Shown: one piece after another, positions 23,441-36,700 of the stretch
How the letters are laid out: each line of letters opens with the position of its first letter
Numbering within the stretch: the stretch's first letter is position 1
Assembly: GCA_002269645.1 (NCBI GenBank)
Contig: NIVC01001274.1
Location: forward strand, 186,001-250,000
DNA: 64,000 nt
Direction of reading: 5' to 3'
Origin: Macrostomum lignano
Taxonomy: Eukaryota
Program-made: the position numbers and the translations under genes
Notes under the pieces: generated by a model
Database searches by the model: none
Told to the model about the DNA's origin: nothing
What the model saw: only the letters and a program-made list of their open reading frames with translations

Positions 23441-24871
23441 TTCCCAATCGATTTGTCTAACAAGTTATCGATTCCAACCGCTTCACTAAATTCAGGTATG
23501 TTTTTGCTTAGAGCAAAATTGAGCAAAAGGAATAAAATATTTACATTACAAGATTTTTTTCACCAGTTGAGCTAGTGAATTTTTCCAAAGGAAAAATATG
23601 GCTACTGTAAAGATGCATTTCTACTAATAGTAGTAATTTAAGCAAATTTAGTGAAATAATTCAGTTTGAATATCAATCAGAGACTACTTGAACTTAGTTT
23701 CATAAGATATCAATAGAGTTATATAAGAGAGGCACATCATATCAAAAGGACAGGTGAACATTGGGTCTGCATCCTATCCAAAGCAATAATTTTGTTATCC
23801 TTCAAAGCTTCAAAATATTTCCATAGATTTCGAGACGTGTCTTTCTACTTTAGTAGTCCTTGCGTTGAATAATTTTGGATGACACACGTTTTCTGTTTAA
23901 TTAGACAATCGCTTTCACAAAATTTTGTAAGATATTTATTATTTTCATTTTTAAGGCTATTCTCTTTCGCTATTAACTGTTTCCTACTCTGAAATAAGTT
24001 TAGGAGTTGAGAAAGGCGACCCTTGAAACTCTCAAGAGCCTTGCAACGTATGCAGATCCAGCTGTAGCCATTCAGTCAACAAAGTGAAATTGCTGCTTTG
24101 ATAGCAATCAAGCCATGTATGGCACTTGCAGCTTCCCAGACCAACTGTATGTACTAGCTAGTAGACTCTGTTTTTATTAGAGTCAAGTGAACTTGTACCC
24201 GATTGAGCTTGAACTATTGCTGACAAGAGAAATGTTGCCACGGTCAAAAAAAGTTTCTGAACAATCAATGCTCCGTGCTGAAAAATAATGCAATAGAATT
24301 GTTATATCCTGCTTGAATGATTTTCCTGTGAACCCATTTTCTAGCGATACACACTGCCTGCATAGGACCGTGACTGTATAATACAGACTTTGCGGACGGA
24401 TATTACACTCGAAATCAGCATTCAAGTGAACACGCAAGCAATTCACTAATACGTGGGCTAACATAATGTGAAAGTACCACTTTGCATGCGAACAATTAAA
24501 ACTATTGTTCACTATTATAGTTCTGATGCCATATTAGCTCTTTTAAGTTCGTTTTCTATTGCTCAAAACCGTTCAGAACAAGTGCACACAGAAGTATTGT
24601 CATAAAAACATCCGTAGTACCTCCAAAAACCAAGGATACATTTTTGCGGAGAACTCTTTGTCTTAAAGATGATCTTAAAAATCTTAAAAATTTGACTTTA
24701 GACGAGAATTAAACATTGCACGAATACGGTATGCTGTAAAGAAGTAGTCTAAATATTTCTAAAAATTCTTAAGATTTTTGTTCCTATTAAACGAACGTCA
24801 CACAGACTACCTTTTGCTTCAAATTATTTTAGTTCAGTAGCTACTCTTTTAGACAACAGGCCTCCTTGGTC

Positions 24872-27800
24872 TCAAGGACACGAGCCAAGATTCGCCAGAC
24901 TCAGCAGCACAGAGCCGTGCTTGCTGGCCGTGTTGCCGCCAGCACTGCCGGTGCAGCCGCTGCCGCCGCAAAATGAGCCACCGCCGCCTCCGCAATGGTT
25001 GCCGTAGATACCGGCTCCGCCGCCGCTGTAACCGCCGCCAGCTCCGGCTGCGCCAACGAAAGAGCTGGAGGCCGTACCAGCACCTCCTCCACCGCCGAAG
25101 CCGCCGCAGGCGATGCTGCTGCCACCGGCGCTGCCTCCGACCCAGCTGTCGTTTTTACCACCGCCTCGATCGCCGTCGTAGCTGTTGTACCTGCGGTGTA
25201 ATAATGCTCATATAGTCACTTGACGAAAGGATTTCAGTGTTGCACTGTCTCAAAAAATGAACTTTCCGACAGTAAATGAAGCATATTTGTATTAGTATTT
25301 TGTCTTACAAGGTTGATTTACAAGTTTATAGGACATATTTTTCGAAAGATAACAGCATATGCAGTTCCTTTCTTTTCTTCTTCCTTTCTGTATTGGGGAT
25401 TTCTAGTTTCAGAGCTAAAAGTAAAAACCATATTTTTATGCGATTTTAGATGAGCTTTTCACTGCAACAAATCTGCTTTCTGTGATATTGGCACGATTTC
25501 CAGACGTAGAATGTACTGCACAGTATTTGCGCACGTGCTTTAAGATCCTAGATACGCCAATATAGGCCAGTATACTCATGCTTACCTGGGGTTCACAGGT
25601 TTCCCCAGCCAGCCGGCACCGCAGCCGCCATGGTTCATGCCAGAGGAAGTTGTTTTAGCACTTGGATTATTGCTTCCGGGTTGACCGTTTACGCCTCCGA
25701 TTCCGAAAAGATGGCTCTGGTGATTTGATATGAAGTTAACTGATACCAGCAAACGTAAAGAAAACTATTTGCAATGAGGCTCATCTCGCCAAATCATATA
25801 GTAAATCGTAAAATGCGGTATTTGTTGATATGCATGTAAATTTAAAAAATGGAGCCACACAGTCGTCTCACAGCCAGCAAAAAGTACTTGTGCACATTTG
25901 CTGACCTCTAAACATGTCGTCGCACAGTGTTTCTACTGTGGATGTTGTAGGAACCTGCGTGAGTCCACCCCAGTGCCCAAACCCAAAATTGTTGTGGTCG
26001 TGCCCGAAAAAATAATAACAAACGACTTTATCGCTCCGCTATCCACCGTCTCTGCTACGCTACGCTTGTACAACCGAATTGACACAGGCACATGGATTAT
26101 GCATTCCGCTCGATGATTTCCACATAACATTCTATTTCATATTTCAACACATTTCCATAAAAATTAAGTGGCTTGAATTACACCATATTTCATAATTGCA
26201 GCAAAATACGGCTTGATGGCTCCTCCATGCAAACTTTCCGTTCTCAAAGGTCTTCAGAAGGTAGAAATATACGAGCTACAATCGATTCAAGATAGAAACT
26301 ACTACCGTTTTTTTATTTCGATAGGCCCTACCAGTTGCTGAAGATGAACTTTTCAAAAAAATTTAATGTGTTTACGCATTTGTATGTATGCATCAGTAAA
26401 AAGGCAGGCTCAATATTGGTTGAGCGCTGGTATGATAGGATACCGCAATTTTGTCTTAGGCTCGGTACCTCATGAATGACACAAGATGGCCAGGATGAAT
26501 TCCTGACTTGTTGCTTGAAAGCATACTTCTAAGCAAATAGATTCTCTGTTTCACAACTCAAAACCCATGCAAATACGAGTAGAGCTCAATAATTGAAGAG
26601 GCTTTTCTTACTGATAGCTCAGGTGTGTGAAACTTACCTCACCTTCACCTAGGGAACCTGATCCGTTCACGCCTGCCTCGCCAAGCCTTCCTAAAGAGAT
26701 AATTTGCACACAAAGCTTAGGCATTCAAAATGCGAATTTCAAAAGTAAGACTGAACACTACCATTTGAACTCACCATCGTATGCGAAGGACGCGCCGCCA
26801 CCACCGCCGGCAGCCATCAAGAGTTGATTGTTGAATGCGTCGTACGCGAAGCTGCCTCCACCGCCGCCGCCACTGTTTGAAGACGAGTCTGCCGGACCGC
26901 CAGCCTGACCGACAACGATAGATAGCTGTGTTCCCGCTGTCAGGTTAACATTGCCAACGACCAGGGCTCCCCTGCCGCCGAACTTGCTGCTACTAACCAG
27001 GGTGTTGTCGCCTCCTTTTGCTCCGCTGATTTCGATGCGATAGCAGCCGGTAAAGTTTATAACTACTTGTTGGATGACACCGAACCGACCGGTGCTCGAG
27101 TCTGGAATCAGGAAAAACAGTTGAGCATTGTTGAGTTTTGCTGAACCGTAGAATCATGAGCAATTAAAACAGAAGGATGTCAAACTTTAAAACTGGTTTT
27201 GAAGCAAAAATTTCACGGATTCCTAGTTTCGAATCATTCTACTTCTGTTGTCTCTGCATGAAATTGTGAAAAACAATGAAACACTTGCTTGAAAAAACGC
27301 GAGTGAAATTGATTTTGGCTGTTGACTTGATTATATCTTCAAAATCCGGTAGTTTCCACGCGACTGTGTCAGTCTCAGCTCCCAGGAATCTCTGCTCGTT
27401 AGTTCCAGTCGCCGATCCTGACTCCCCAGACACGGTCGCCAGCTGGCAGAGACTGGTGCCCTTCCAGAACGCGCCAGCAGAGCAGCTCATCAGTCCGCAT
27501 CGCATGACGCATTCCTGCACTGTCGTGACTCCGGTGACGTTCAACACTTGGCTGGAGACTGTCCCGTTGATGACTAGGACACCAGAGTGCTTGACGTAGC
27601 GAGTTGAATTACGACAAGAGCCTAAACGTTTGTAAATGAAAGCTTCATACATGTAAACCTGACGTCGCCAAGGACTACTTAAGTAAAAGGACAGAAAAGT
27701 TTTGAGAGGCAGGTTTTACTGTTAAATACGCTCGTACATTACTGAGAATATATATAAGCTTTAAAAGATGAAAAATGGATCAAGTCGACTTATTGGTTTT

Positions 27801-28320
27801 ATGAATCTATCAAGGACAACTTTGACGGGAAATGACGGGAATTAATAACTTAGATGGGCCTCCAAATATTGTCGTTTCCCGTCACCGAGTATTGAGTAGT
27901 CTCTAGAATCTATTTTATCATTCTGTTGAACATTTTTATTTCATAGTCAGCCAAGATCTCTTATTTTCTAACCTTAAAGGTTTATGATTATCAATTTCTG
28001 CTATAAGAAAAAGCAATACATATAACGATGAAGATCATGGGTCTGCCTCCGATCAGAGTCAGTAGCAATTTTTGTTCTGAAAAAAAACGAAAACCGTTCT
28101 TTGTAATGTTTTTTTCGGTAAAACATGCCCCTTAAAATTTTTCAACTAGCGTATTTTACCGTCTTTCTAATTGAAAAATCCTTGGACGTTATATGCACAA
28201 AACAAAACAAAATAGTAACGAAATAAAACAAAATAAAACGGATCTCTCACCCTCCATCGAGCCGATGCAGGAGCAAACGAAAGCGCAAAATATGATAAAT
28301 CTAATGTGCGTTATCTTCAT
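24872..28320 (-). CDS. Gene B: secreted PAN/Apple + ALK/LTK-type glycine-rich domain protein, 410 aa, 6 exons
   Basis: Exons 28320-28251 (MKITHIRFIIFCAFVCSCIGSME-G), 27621-27289 (PAN: QECVMRCGLMSCSAGAFWKGTSLCQL), 27101-26775, 26690-26638, 25716-25586, 25190-24872 (ends ...GGNTASKHGSVLLSLANLGSCP*). Total 1233 nt, phases 1,1,1,0,2; intron 2 has a GC donor. Confidence 0.88.
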
Positions 28321-30857
28321 TTCTTTCTAATACGCTCATATAATTGAGTCTTTCTAAGGCAACTGTTCTTCTGCCGACGTAGCAGATGATTATTTTCCAA
28401 TATGCTCAGAAATCTTAGTCACTTTCAAGGCATGACTATATATATGTGTATATATAAGCTGCTCACGAAGTTCCTGTCCATTACACCTATCGCTTTTCGT
28501 CGCAACCAATCAACGCCTTTTTCGCAATTTTATCCAACCACGCTGCCATGAAGGCTTCATTTCTGACCAGGAGTAATAAAACTTGCCTGTAGCTGCCACG
28601 CTGGATTCATAAGAAGAAGCTTAATGAAAAACTCGGAGGCCATTTTCAAGGTCTCAACTGGTACGCTACTTCTTTTGAAAGATCAAGTATCGCAGAGTTT
28701 TTTACGCGTCTATAGGCAAGCTGACTAGATCAAATTTGAATTATGATCAACCTATCTGTCCAAATAGGCTAGGCCAGTGATCCTTAGTGAACTCGTTTCT
28801 AAAATTCTTTTAAAATATTATAGTGACGCGTATGTTATAATGTATTTTGCCTAGCCTTATTTAGAATAGATTTTTTATGGGGATTATTGTGCTAGTGAGT
28901 CACCATTATACACTGCTTAATGTGCGTATTACAGAATTGAGTACCCATATGATACATATATACTCGTGAATGTACTGGCTCGCTTTTGGCCTAAAATATG
29001 ATGGATAGTTCTAATACAACCGCCTGTCTATCAAATACATCAATCGATAGAAGCTTCTGATTGGATGAGCTCAGGATGACTAGCGCGACTCTGATTGGCT
29101 GATCTCAAGACCTCAAAACCATCTCCACCTGTCGATCATAAATCATAAATCATAATTGAAAGTAGTTAATTAAACGTAGGAGACAAATTGAATGTCAAAA
29201 CCCTTAACTTTCTGAAGCAGACGTGACTGCAGTATATCGCAGCTCAATAAAATCAAATATGACAATAAAATACAATCACTATGATGATACGAAACTGGCA
29301 GCTACGTCTTGCATAGTTATATGAGAGGCGGTGCAAACAGTAGGAATAACTGCTGATACAGGCAATAGAATTCTACAATCAGGTGATGCTATGCACAGCA
29401 AATATGAATACTCGTAAAAATGAGAAGCAGCATTGTTCAGCTGACGTCTGCAATGTCAACACAATTCTTAGCTTTCAGAAAAACTAACGCGCTTCTTAGC
29501 CAACCGCGGGCCAAAAAAGGAGCAAAAAGGAAGCCACAGGGGTGTCGACGAGGAAGCAGTCTGGCAAGAAGCAAATGTATTTGAAGCAAATATCACGATG
29601 CGATGTCACGGCGTACATGTATAAAAGAACGGACGTAGAAGCGCCTTGCAATTTTCCGTGAACAAGCCCTAAATGAATGTGTCAAACCAGGCATCCAGAT
29701 GTGTTTAAGCTGCTCTCTCCCCGCTTTTAGTATCTAAGCAATCTGCCAACAGTCGCTACAGGCTTACATGTATGTTGCTAAGGCATCAATCGATAATTTA
29801 AGCCCACATACGGAAACACACACAAGCATCACGCAAGCCAAATAAAAAGCATAAATCGCTTCTGCTGTTAATGCACGATCTCCATCTGCGTTTCAGAAAA
29901 ATGTCGGATCAGTCGTTTACTTACTGACTACTGACTGACTCACTACTTTGTGAAACATTGTCTATTTAGAGTGTATACCAAAGAGACGGACAACGTCCCA
30001 TTCCGTTTGATAGTGAGTAAAAAACAAGTAGCGATATAGCATCCTTACACTTCTACTGCCATTTAGGAAAGCTGGGACTTATATACTAGTATAGTTGCTT
30101 CATTTAAACCGGAATTGGAGATCTTTCTAAGTCTTCAAAATCTAAATAGCAACCCCACTCATGAGTTTCACGCGCACGGCGGCTGTTGTGCCGGCTGGCT
30201 GGGCAGAGCTGTACTTTCGAGGCTGGGTCTTTCAATGCTTGAATTGAAAGAGGCATTCAAATACATCTGTAAATCCACCTTTGCTAACGTCCTAATACTC
30301 TGCATTGCTTCAGTTCACGCAGCTGTAAAATGGGTGCCCCAGTCCTTGGACTGAACAGCCGTACGCAGACTTCAGATGCTCTGAGCAATAGCTGCGGCTG
30401 TGCTGTCGGTTGCACATCTGGCCCCATTGGGGCAGGTGTAATCAGTTATATTATTATTATTTAAAGCTTGAGCTTTGTCAAAGCTTTGGTTAAATTTAAT
30501 TGAACTCACGTCTCGCTACTAAACTATCGCAGTAGTGTCGACCGTCTTTACTCGATATTTTATGGCACAAAATGTCAGAATTTAACCATCCATAACAGCT
30601 TTTATAATGACGTATACTTTTGTCTAACTACATCAACTGCAATCAATCAAGGACTATCTGGCACATTTACGAACTATACTTTTGGATTGCAATTCAAACC
30701 ACAGTGGTTAAGTCATAATAAATAGCCAGCTGGCAAATTTAATTTTCTTTACGAATTATTCCCAACAAAGAACCACAGTGAGCTTAGCTCCTAGTCATGC
30801 TTTAACAGTAGGAATACCAAGCCATTTTCCGCCCGTCGAACTACCAAGTCGGTCAGG

Positions 30858-31200
30858 TCCATAGTCACCTGGTGTAATCTGTTGAAGGAGCTGACGGCGT
30901 CGGGATGACGACGGAATGCTCGAGAGACTAGCTGACAATGTCCGTCGGTTGAGGTTTGCCCATTATTGAAGCTTGATAAGAAAAACCTGACATATTTGCA
31001 ACAGGATGTCCATAGTCACCTGGTGTAATCTGTTGAAGGAGCCGACGGCGTCGGGATGATGACGGAATGCTTGAGAGACTAGCTGAGAATGTCTGGCGGT
31101 TGATTCTTGCCCACTGTCGAGGCTTGATCAGTGAAACTAGAGAAATTCGCATCAAGGTGTTCATAGTCACCTGGTGCCACCCGTTGAAGGTCTAGAAGCT
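30858..31200. repeat. Dispersed-tandem repeat, ~152-bp period, 2 copies plus a partial third
   Basis: catagtcacctggtg...gttgaagg at ~30858, ~31010 and ~31162; the first two share ~85 nt of near identity. Confidence 0.7.
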
Positions 31201-32094
31201 CCGTCTCGGTGAAGGCCAGTAACCAACGAAGTCAGAGCTGATGCAGACACATTTGGTCGACGTGCTGATGAAATTTGGAGACTTGACAAAGCTGCACTGA
31301 GGTGCAGTGCTGATTGGCGCACAGGGGTGTACTAAATACACTAGCACTTATGGGAAAAATCCGATTTTCTGGCAGAATCGTCGAATATCTCGACGGTCTG
31401 GAGGGTTGGCGACTTGATTCTTGTTTGAGAAAGTGCGCAACAAAAAGTTAGCCCGTGTTCTTGAATTTCGTGTGCCTGCGTTGCTCCATTCCGGCGCAGC
31501 AAAAAAAATTGTCAGGGGGGGGGGAATTTCCCCCCCCCCCTCTTGGTAGTTCTACTGTTAATAGGCACAGTGTAAAGGTTAGGCATTAGGTGATATTGTT
31601 GATAGATTGTAATGAGCGTAAGCAACTTTTTAAAGGCAAGAAATGCCCACAATTTTAAACACTATACGAGTAAATTGCTTTAGAAATAGTGCAGCCACGT
31701 CACCATGCAAAACTAGCTAGCTGGCAGAGTCTATATCGTTTAACGACACTCATGTAATTTCCATGGAAATGCTCTCATTTTGGAATGTACAGTAAGCATG
31801 AAAAATGTACAGCAAAGCCTATTGCAGTGTCAAAATTTACATCGCTAAGATACGCCCCCTTCAACTAACTGAAGTGCTTGATGCAAGAGGGCAACGACAA
31901 AGTCACGACTCTGCATGGAAAATTCCATTGGCTAGTATTTTTTACGATGGAAAATTACTAGCACCCAGTTGCAACTGGGGAAAAACTCAATCCATTAGCT
32001 TTACCATAAAGAAGAAAAAGTTCCTGCAATCTAAAATTTCTGTCCGTCAGGACTGTACGCAACTCTATAGGCATCAAGATATTAACTTCTGTTA

Positions 32095-32927
32095 ACAGTA
32101 GAAAGACCCACGCTATTTTTCCCTTTATGGTGAATCCATATTGGCTCAATAATCTGGGTCCATCTGTCGTCGAGGCCTTTGTTCTCAGCATCCCAGGCAC
32201 CAGTATCCTCTTCATCACCGTCTGGAGCATTGACGGCGACCGTCAGGACTTTCAACGGTGTGCCACCACGCGGCCCTGACGAGCTGACACCCCGAACATC
32301 GTGATTTTTCTATCCAGGCACCAAACTTGGCATGTTTGTATATTATAAAATGGTCCTGAACCATGTTCAGCATTCAAGCTCTGTCTGGACGACCTTCGGG
32401 ACCTTCAACGGAGTGCCCTGACGAGCTGGCACCACCAACATCATGCTTTTTCTATCAAGGCCGTGTGGTGGAACTCCGTTGAAGGTCCCGAAGGTCGCCT
32501 GTATATCTACAGGTCAGCCTAGAGGGTCGCCATCATTGTCCATTTCATTCACCGATTATGTATACTGACTGAATGCTGCATGCAGAAGAGGATTTGATGA
32601 AGGGGACCCTGGTGCCTGGGATGCTGAGAGCACGTCCCTGCGACTGATATGCATAGGTTGTTGAGCCGACGTGGTTTCATGATGAGATTTTGTGAGCAGA
32701 AAAATTTTGCCTATGTTGGAGGTTTTTGCCACCAGACACCCCGAGGAGAATCTTTAAATATCTCGATGATGCCGATTTTTTGTGATTCTTGAAGTTGCTT
32801 CATCGAATAGAGAGGAAAATTTTAGCACGTGTTTTGGATTTTCATGGCAATTGGCTGAATATTTTTGGAGATCCACCAAAGGAAAAATGTGTGTATTTGA
32901 AATACACCCCCATGGTCTTTCTACTGT
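32095..32927. mobile_element. Non-autonomous TA-flanked TIR (foldback/MITE-like) element
   Basis: Perfect 14-bp TIR ACAGTAGAAAGACC / GGTCTTTCTACTGT with TA on both flanks. Additional internal inverted repeats (32166-32217 vs 32595-32645; ~32390-32415 vs 32473-32498). Absent from the duplicated block at 61384-61388. Confidence 0.8.
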
Positions 32928-33795
32928 TAGCATTAACAGTTGGTGGTTTCTTACGTTTTAAAAATTTCCATATTGAAACTTGTGGTGGCGAGCTACAGTA
33001 AAACAAAACGGTTACAGTAAAACAATACCAATTTTGTACCCGTTCAATCAATTCGAATGACCAGAGCAATATTCGAAGCTGATTGACAGGTGCACGTGTG
33101 CTGTGGTGGCGAACAGGCATCATCAAAGCTGGAAAATGTCAGATTTTCGTTATTTCAGTTTCGCGTGCATCAAAGAAAGTACCTTATATTAGGAACTTTG
33201 CCTCAGCTTGCTTGTGCTAGAATATTTGTGCCTCAGACAAATATGGCTGCATCTGATGTCGTTTGAGTACATGCTCAAAAAAGTCTTGCTCTCTCGAGAC
33301 TGAGGCTATCCTTTCGTCTATGACGCTCACTCAGCCTTAAGTCTTAGGCCCAGCAAGTTGCCTAAGAAGCATGACGACTTGAAGACTTATTATTCCAGAA
33401 AAGGTTTTACTCTGTATGAAGCGTCACCTGACTCATACAGTAAGTGGGCGAGATAAAAGTCTACGAAGAGGAAGAAAATTTAGTAGAAAAGCGAAACTGG
33501 GGAAACGCCTAAAACAAATAAAAAAACTTCCGCACAGTTGAAAAAGTCAGAGAGTAGCATCCCTCCGTGGCTGGACGTACAAAGCGAATTGAAGTGTACT
33601 GCAGAGACCGGAGTGGGACAGAGACACTGAATCTATAACCTCGTGTGCCTTGACAACGGCTCAGCAAAAAAAATCAACAGAAGGGCCTCTGAGAAAATGT
33701 TAAACAGTAAAGATTTGGGAGCGGGAAAAAGCTCCTCGTTCCAATTCGGACACACAATTCCCGTACTGAGAGACGGCAAACACACAACTTTCGAG

Positions 33796-36700
33796 ATGCG
33801 TCAGTCGAAGACATTGCTACTCTTTGCCATCGGTTTCTGCTGCGTCATGGTCTCCGAAGGTGTGTGATGAAGTTGATTTTTTGCTCTAAAATAGTTTATC
33901 AGCAAAATATATCCAGGTTTTCGTGGCAAAGAAGTACTTTGAATAAATAAGAACTGCTATGGCGAGGCAAGTCTTCCAGACCCGGCTTGCTTTTTTAATT
34001 TGTAGCGAGACGATATCTGAGATGGCGATAATAAAAGATAAACGATACATCATTTGCTTTTGCCTTTTGAAATTAATCTTCTCAGGGCGTCTAATAACTA
34101 GAAATCCTATAGGCCTCTTGAATCCCAACTTTGCGTCTCGGGGTTGCCTAAGTTTATACTTGAAACTGTTTTACCGATGGTCAGGTGATATGCAGAACAC
34201 GACTTTGCCCCCCACCCCATGTTGCCATGCAGGCGCTTGCAACCGAACTCGCTATGTGCAGCACAACGGCGTCCTTGTTGTCAACTCGACCGTCAGTAGC
34301 CAAGTCCTGAATGCCACCGGAGTGACTTCAGTTGAAGCATGCGCCATGCTGTGCGGAATGAAATCCTGCTCTGCCGCCGTGTTCTGGAAGAGCAGCGGTC
34401 TGTGTCAGCTGGTGGCGGTGTCTCGGGAGCCAGGATTTGCTGGAAACAACGAATGGAGACTACTGGGCTCGGAGACTGCTGACGCGGTGGTGATGAAGCT
34501 GGAAAACTTCGAAGAACTGATGAAGCCTCGTATTATAAATGTCACTCGAGTGTTTACAAGTGAGAGTTCAGCCGCATGCATAATTGCATAGAGTATCGCA
34601 CACTTGATGCACTTTTTCCCTCTTCCTTAGGTCGGCTCGAGCTGGCCACAAGTTCCTAATTTGCGCTATCCCATGTTCGTTTTAAATTCAATCCATATGA
34701 GCACATTTGAGTCAGCAATAACTAACTGAAACATGCATGGATTTCAGACAATGGAACGGGTCGAATCGGCTCTGTCCAGCTGGTGACCATCGACATTGCC
34801 GGCTGCTACCGGATCGAACTCGCTGGTGCCAAGGGCGGCGACAACACGTATGTCAGTCCTGACAAACTCGGCGGCAGGGGAGCTCTGGCTGCTGGCAACT
34901 TCAGTTTGTCAGTCGGAGTTCAGCTGTCGATTGTTGTCGGCCAGGCCGGAGGTCCGTCGCAGAGCAGCAGTTACTCAAGCGGTGGCGGCGGCGGAGGCAG
35001 CTTCGTGTACCGGACATCGGACAATGGGCTGCTGATGGCCGCTGGCGGTGGTGGTGGCGCCTCGTATGGGAATACCGGTAAGCATGCGATTTTTATTGTA
35101 CCTTAACTGAGACGTTTGATAGTTGCTTCTACCATATCGTCGTATGCAGCTATTCAATAATGTATTTGTCAAAATTTTCAAGAAACTGAAGCCGACAAAC
35201 AGTTTAGGGCAATGGCGACTTAAGTATCTTTATCAATTATATTTTTAAGTAGCCCTTGAACCAGGGACGAAACTACACCGAATAATGCCTCAGTCTATCG
35301 ACGCATTTCTATTGTAAAATTGTGAAATCTTCATGGATCTACAGGCCAGAGTTCATTGATGGTGCACGGACTACTTAAGTAGAAGGACGCGACACGCGCA
35401 AAACGTGCAAATTTTATTGGAGGCTGAATATTCAATTTTATGTAGCTCGACTCCAGAAACTCGCCGAAGTGTAGTTTTTTCACATGATACAAATAATTTA
35501 GTCCTTGTTCATGTAACATATGTAATGCATGATTAAAACGATGCAGAAACCTTAGAAATTAGTTTCAAGCGACGAAAACTAACTTTTTCTGGTGAGTTTC
35601 GAGTCTCGACGTGCGGCATTTGTAGCACAAAATATAGCTCTTCATTTTGATATAGCACTTATTTTAAGTGATTCTTTTAGCTGTTCATTGTTACTGTGAA
35701 GCGGACCTTTTTGACCTGGTCATAAGAAAACCTATCGCAAGATGTACAGACATATAACAGATACCACTGATTCTGCGCCAATCGTATCGGATAAATAGAG
35801 TCAAGACGAACTAAGACGAAAGATTTTAAGAACACGAATTTTGAGTCTTAGTAGCCATTCAATATTTTTATGCCATATTAATATTATTGGCCTTTTTAAA
35901 ATGTATGCAAAAAGTATATATCAAAGTGGTATAAGATAGCTAGCAGGTTTCTTGTATAAAGCAAATGCGAAAACATGCAGTTTAAACAGTATCAACAAAA
36001 GCGTACAACGAAATATTTTACAACAAAATGATCTATTGTATCAAGACAACTTGCTATAACATTGCATCAAAAAACTAACGGTACGCAGTTCTGGCAAGGC
36101 ACCACTCATCGTGGTCTTCATCATGCAAAGCCAGCCGAATGAAATGCATGTAGTCAATAAGAATAACAAATAGAAATGAGGATAAAGTGCACAATCTTGC
36201 ACCTGGACACGAGTTGGTGGCAAATGATCAGGTGTAGTAGGTAAATATAGACTAAAGTCTTGGACAAGCTATAGAGGTCCATGATCATCTGGACAGTAGC
36301 TATACAAAAGAACTGAACTCCATGCTGCAGGAGAAGCATTACAATAGCCACCTGGCTGATGAAGTTAAAAGCTTTGCAGAAATCTATACAGACAATTGAC
36401 ACCTCCTTTTAGAGTCTCGCAGGTGCCATATGGACTAGCTACTTGTTGTAACAGCAGTACAGTGACAGTTGTAACAGCTCAGCCTCGGACACTTCATTGT
36501 CACAACAGTTCTGGAGCATCCTCCTTAAGATGTGTGTATACTTGTTTGTAAGGAAGCCAACCACTCGAGTATTTGTTCCATGTATACAAAATAGCAACCT
36601 CCATGGCCTTGCATATAGATAGAGAATTCTTTCTCCAGACCAGCCAATTGAAAGTCACCTGAAAAGGATAAGGAAAATAGCTGCATAGCATGAATACTTA

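Larger units (their letters stand above)
24000..34700 (+). repeat. Segmental duplication, copy 1 (copy 2 about 48170-64000)
   Basis: Collinear anchors: 24060-24530~48250-48960, B~D, 29041-29230~55410-55610, 29300-29800~58930-59460, 30500-30630~60540-60670, 31800-32094~61090-61385, 32930-33860~61389-63225, C~E. Confidence 0.9.

Noticed and set aside
28440-28515. TATA-like and CCAAT words conserved upstream of B and D (52350-52420)
   Set aside because: Conservation may just reflect the duplication; the TATA orientation is ambiguous and no TSS data are available.
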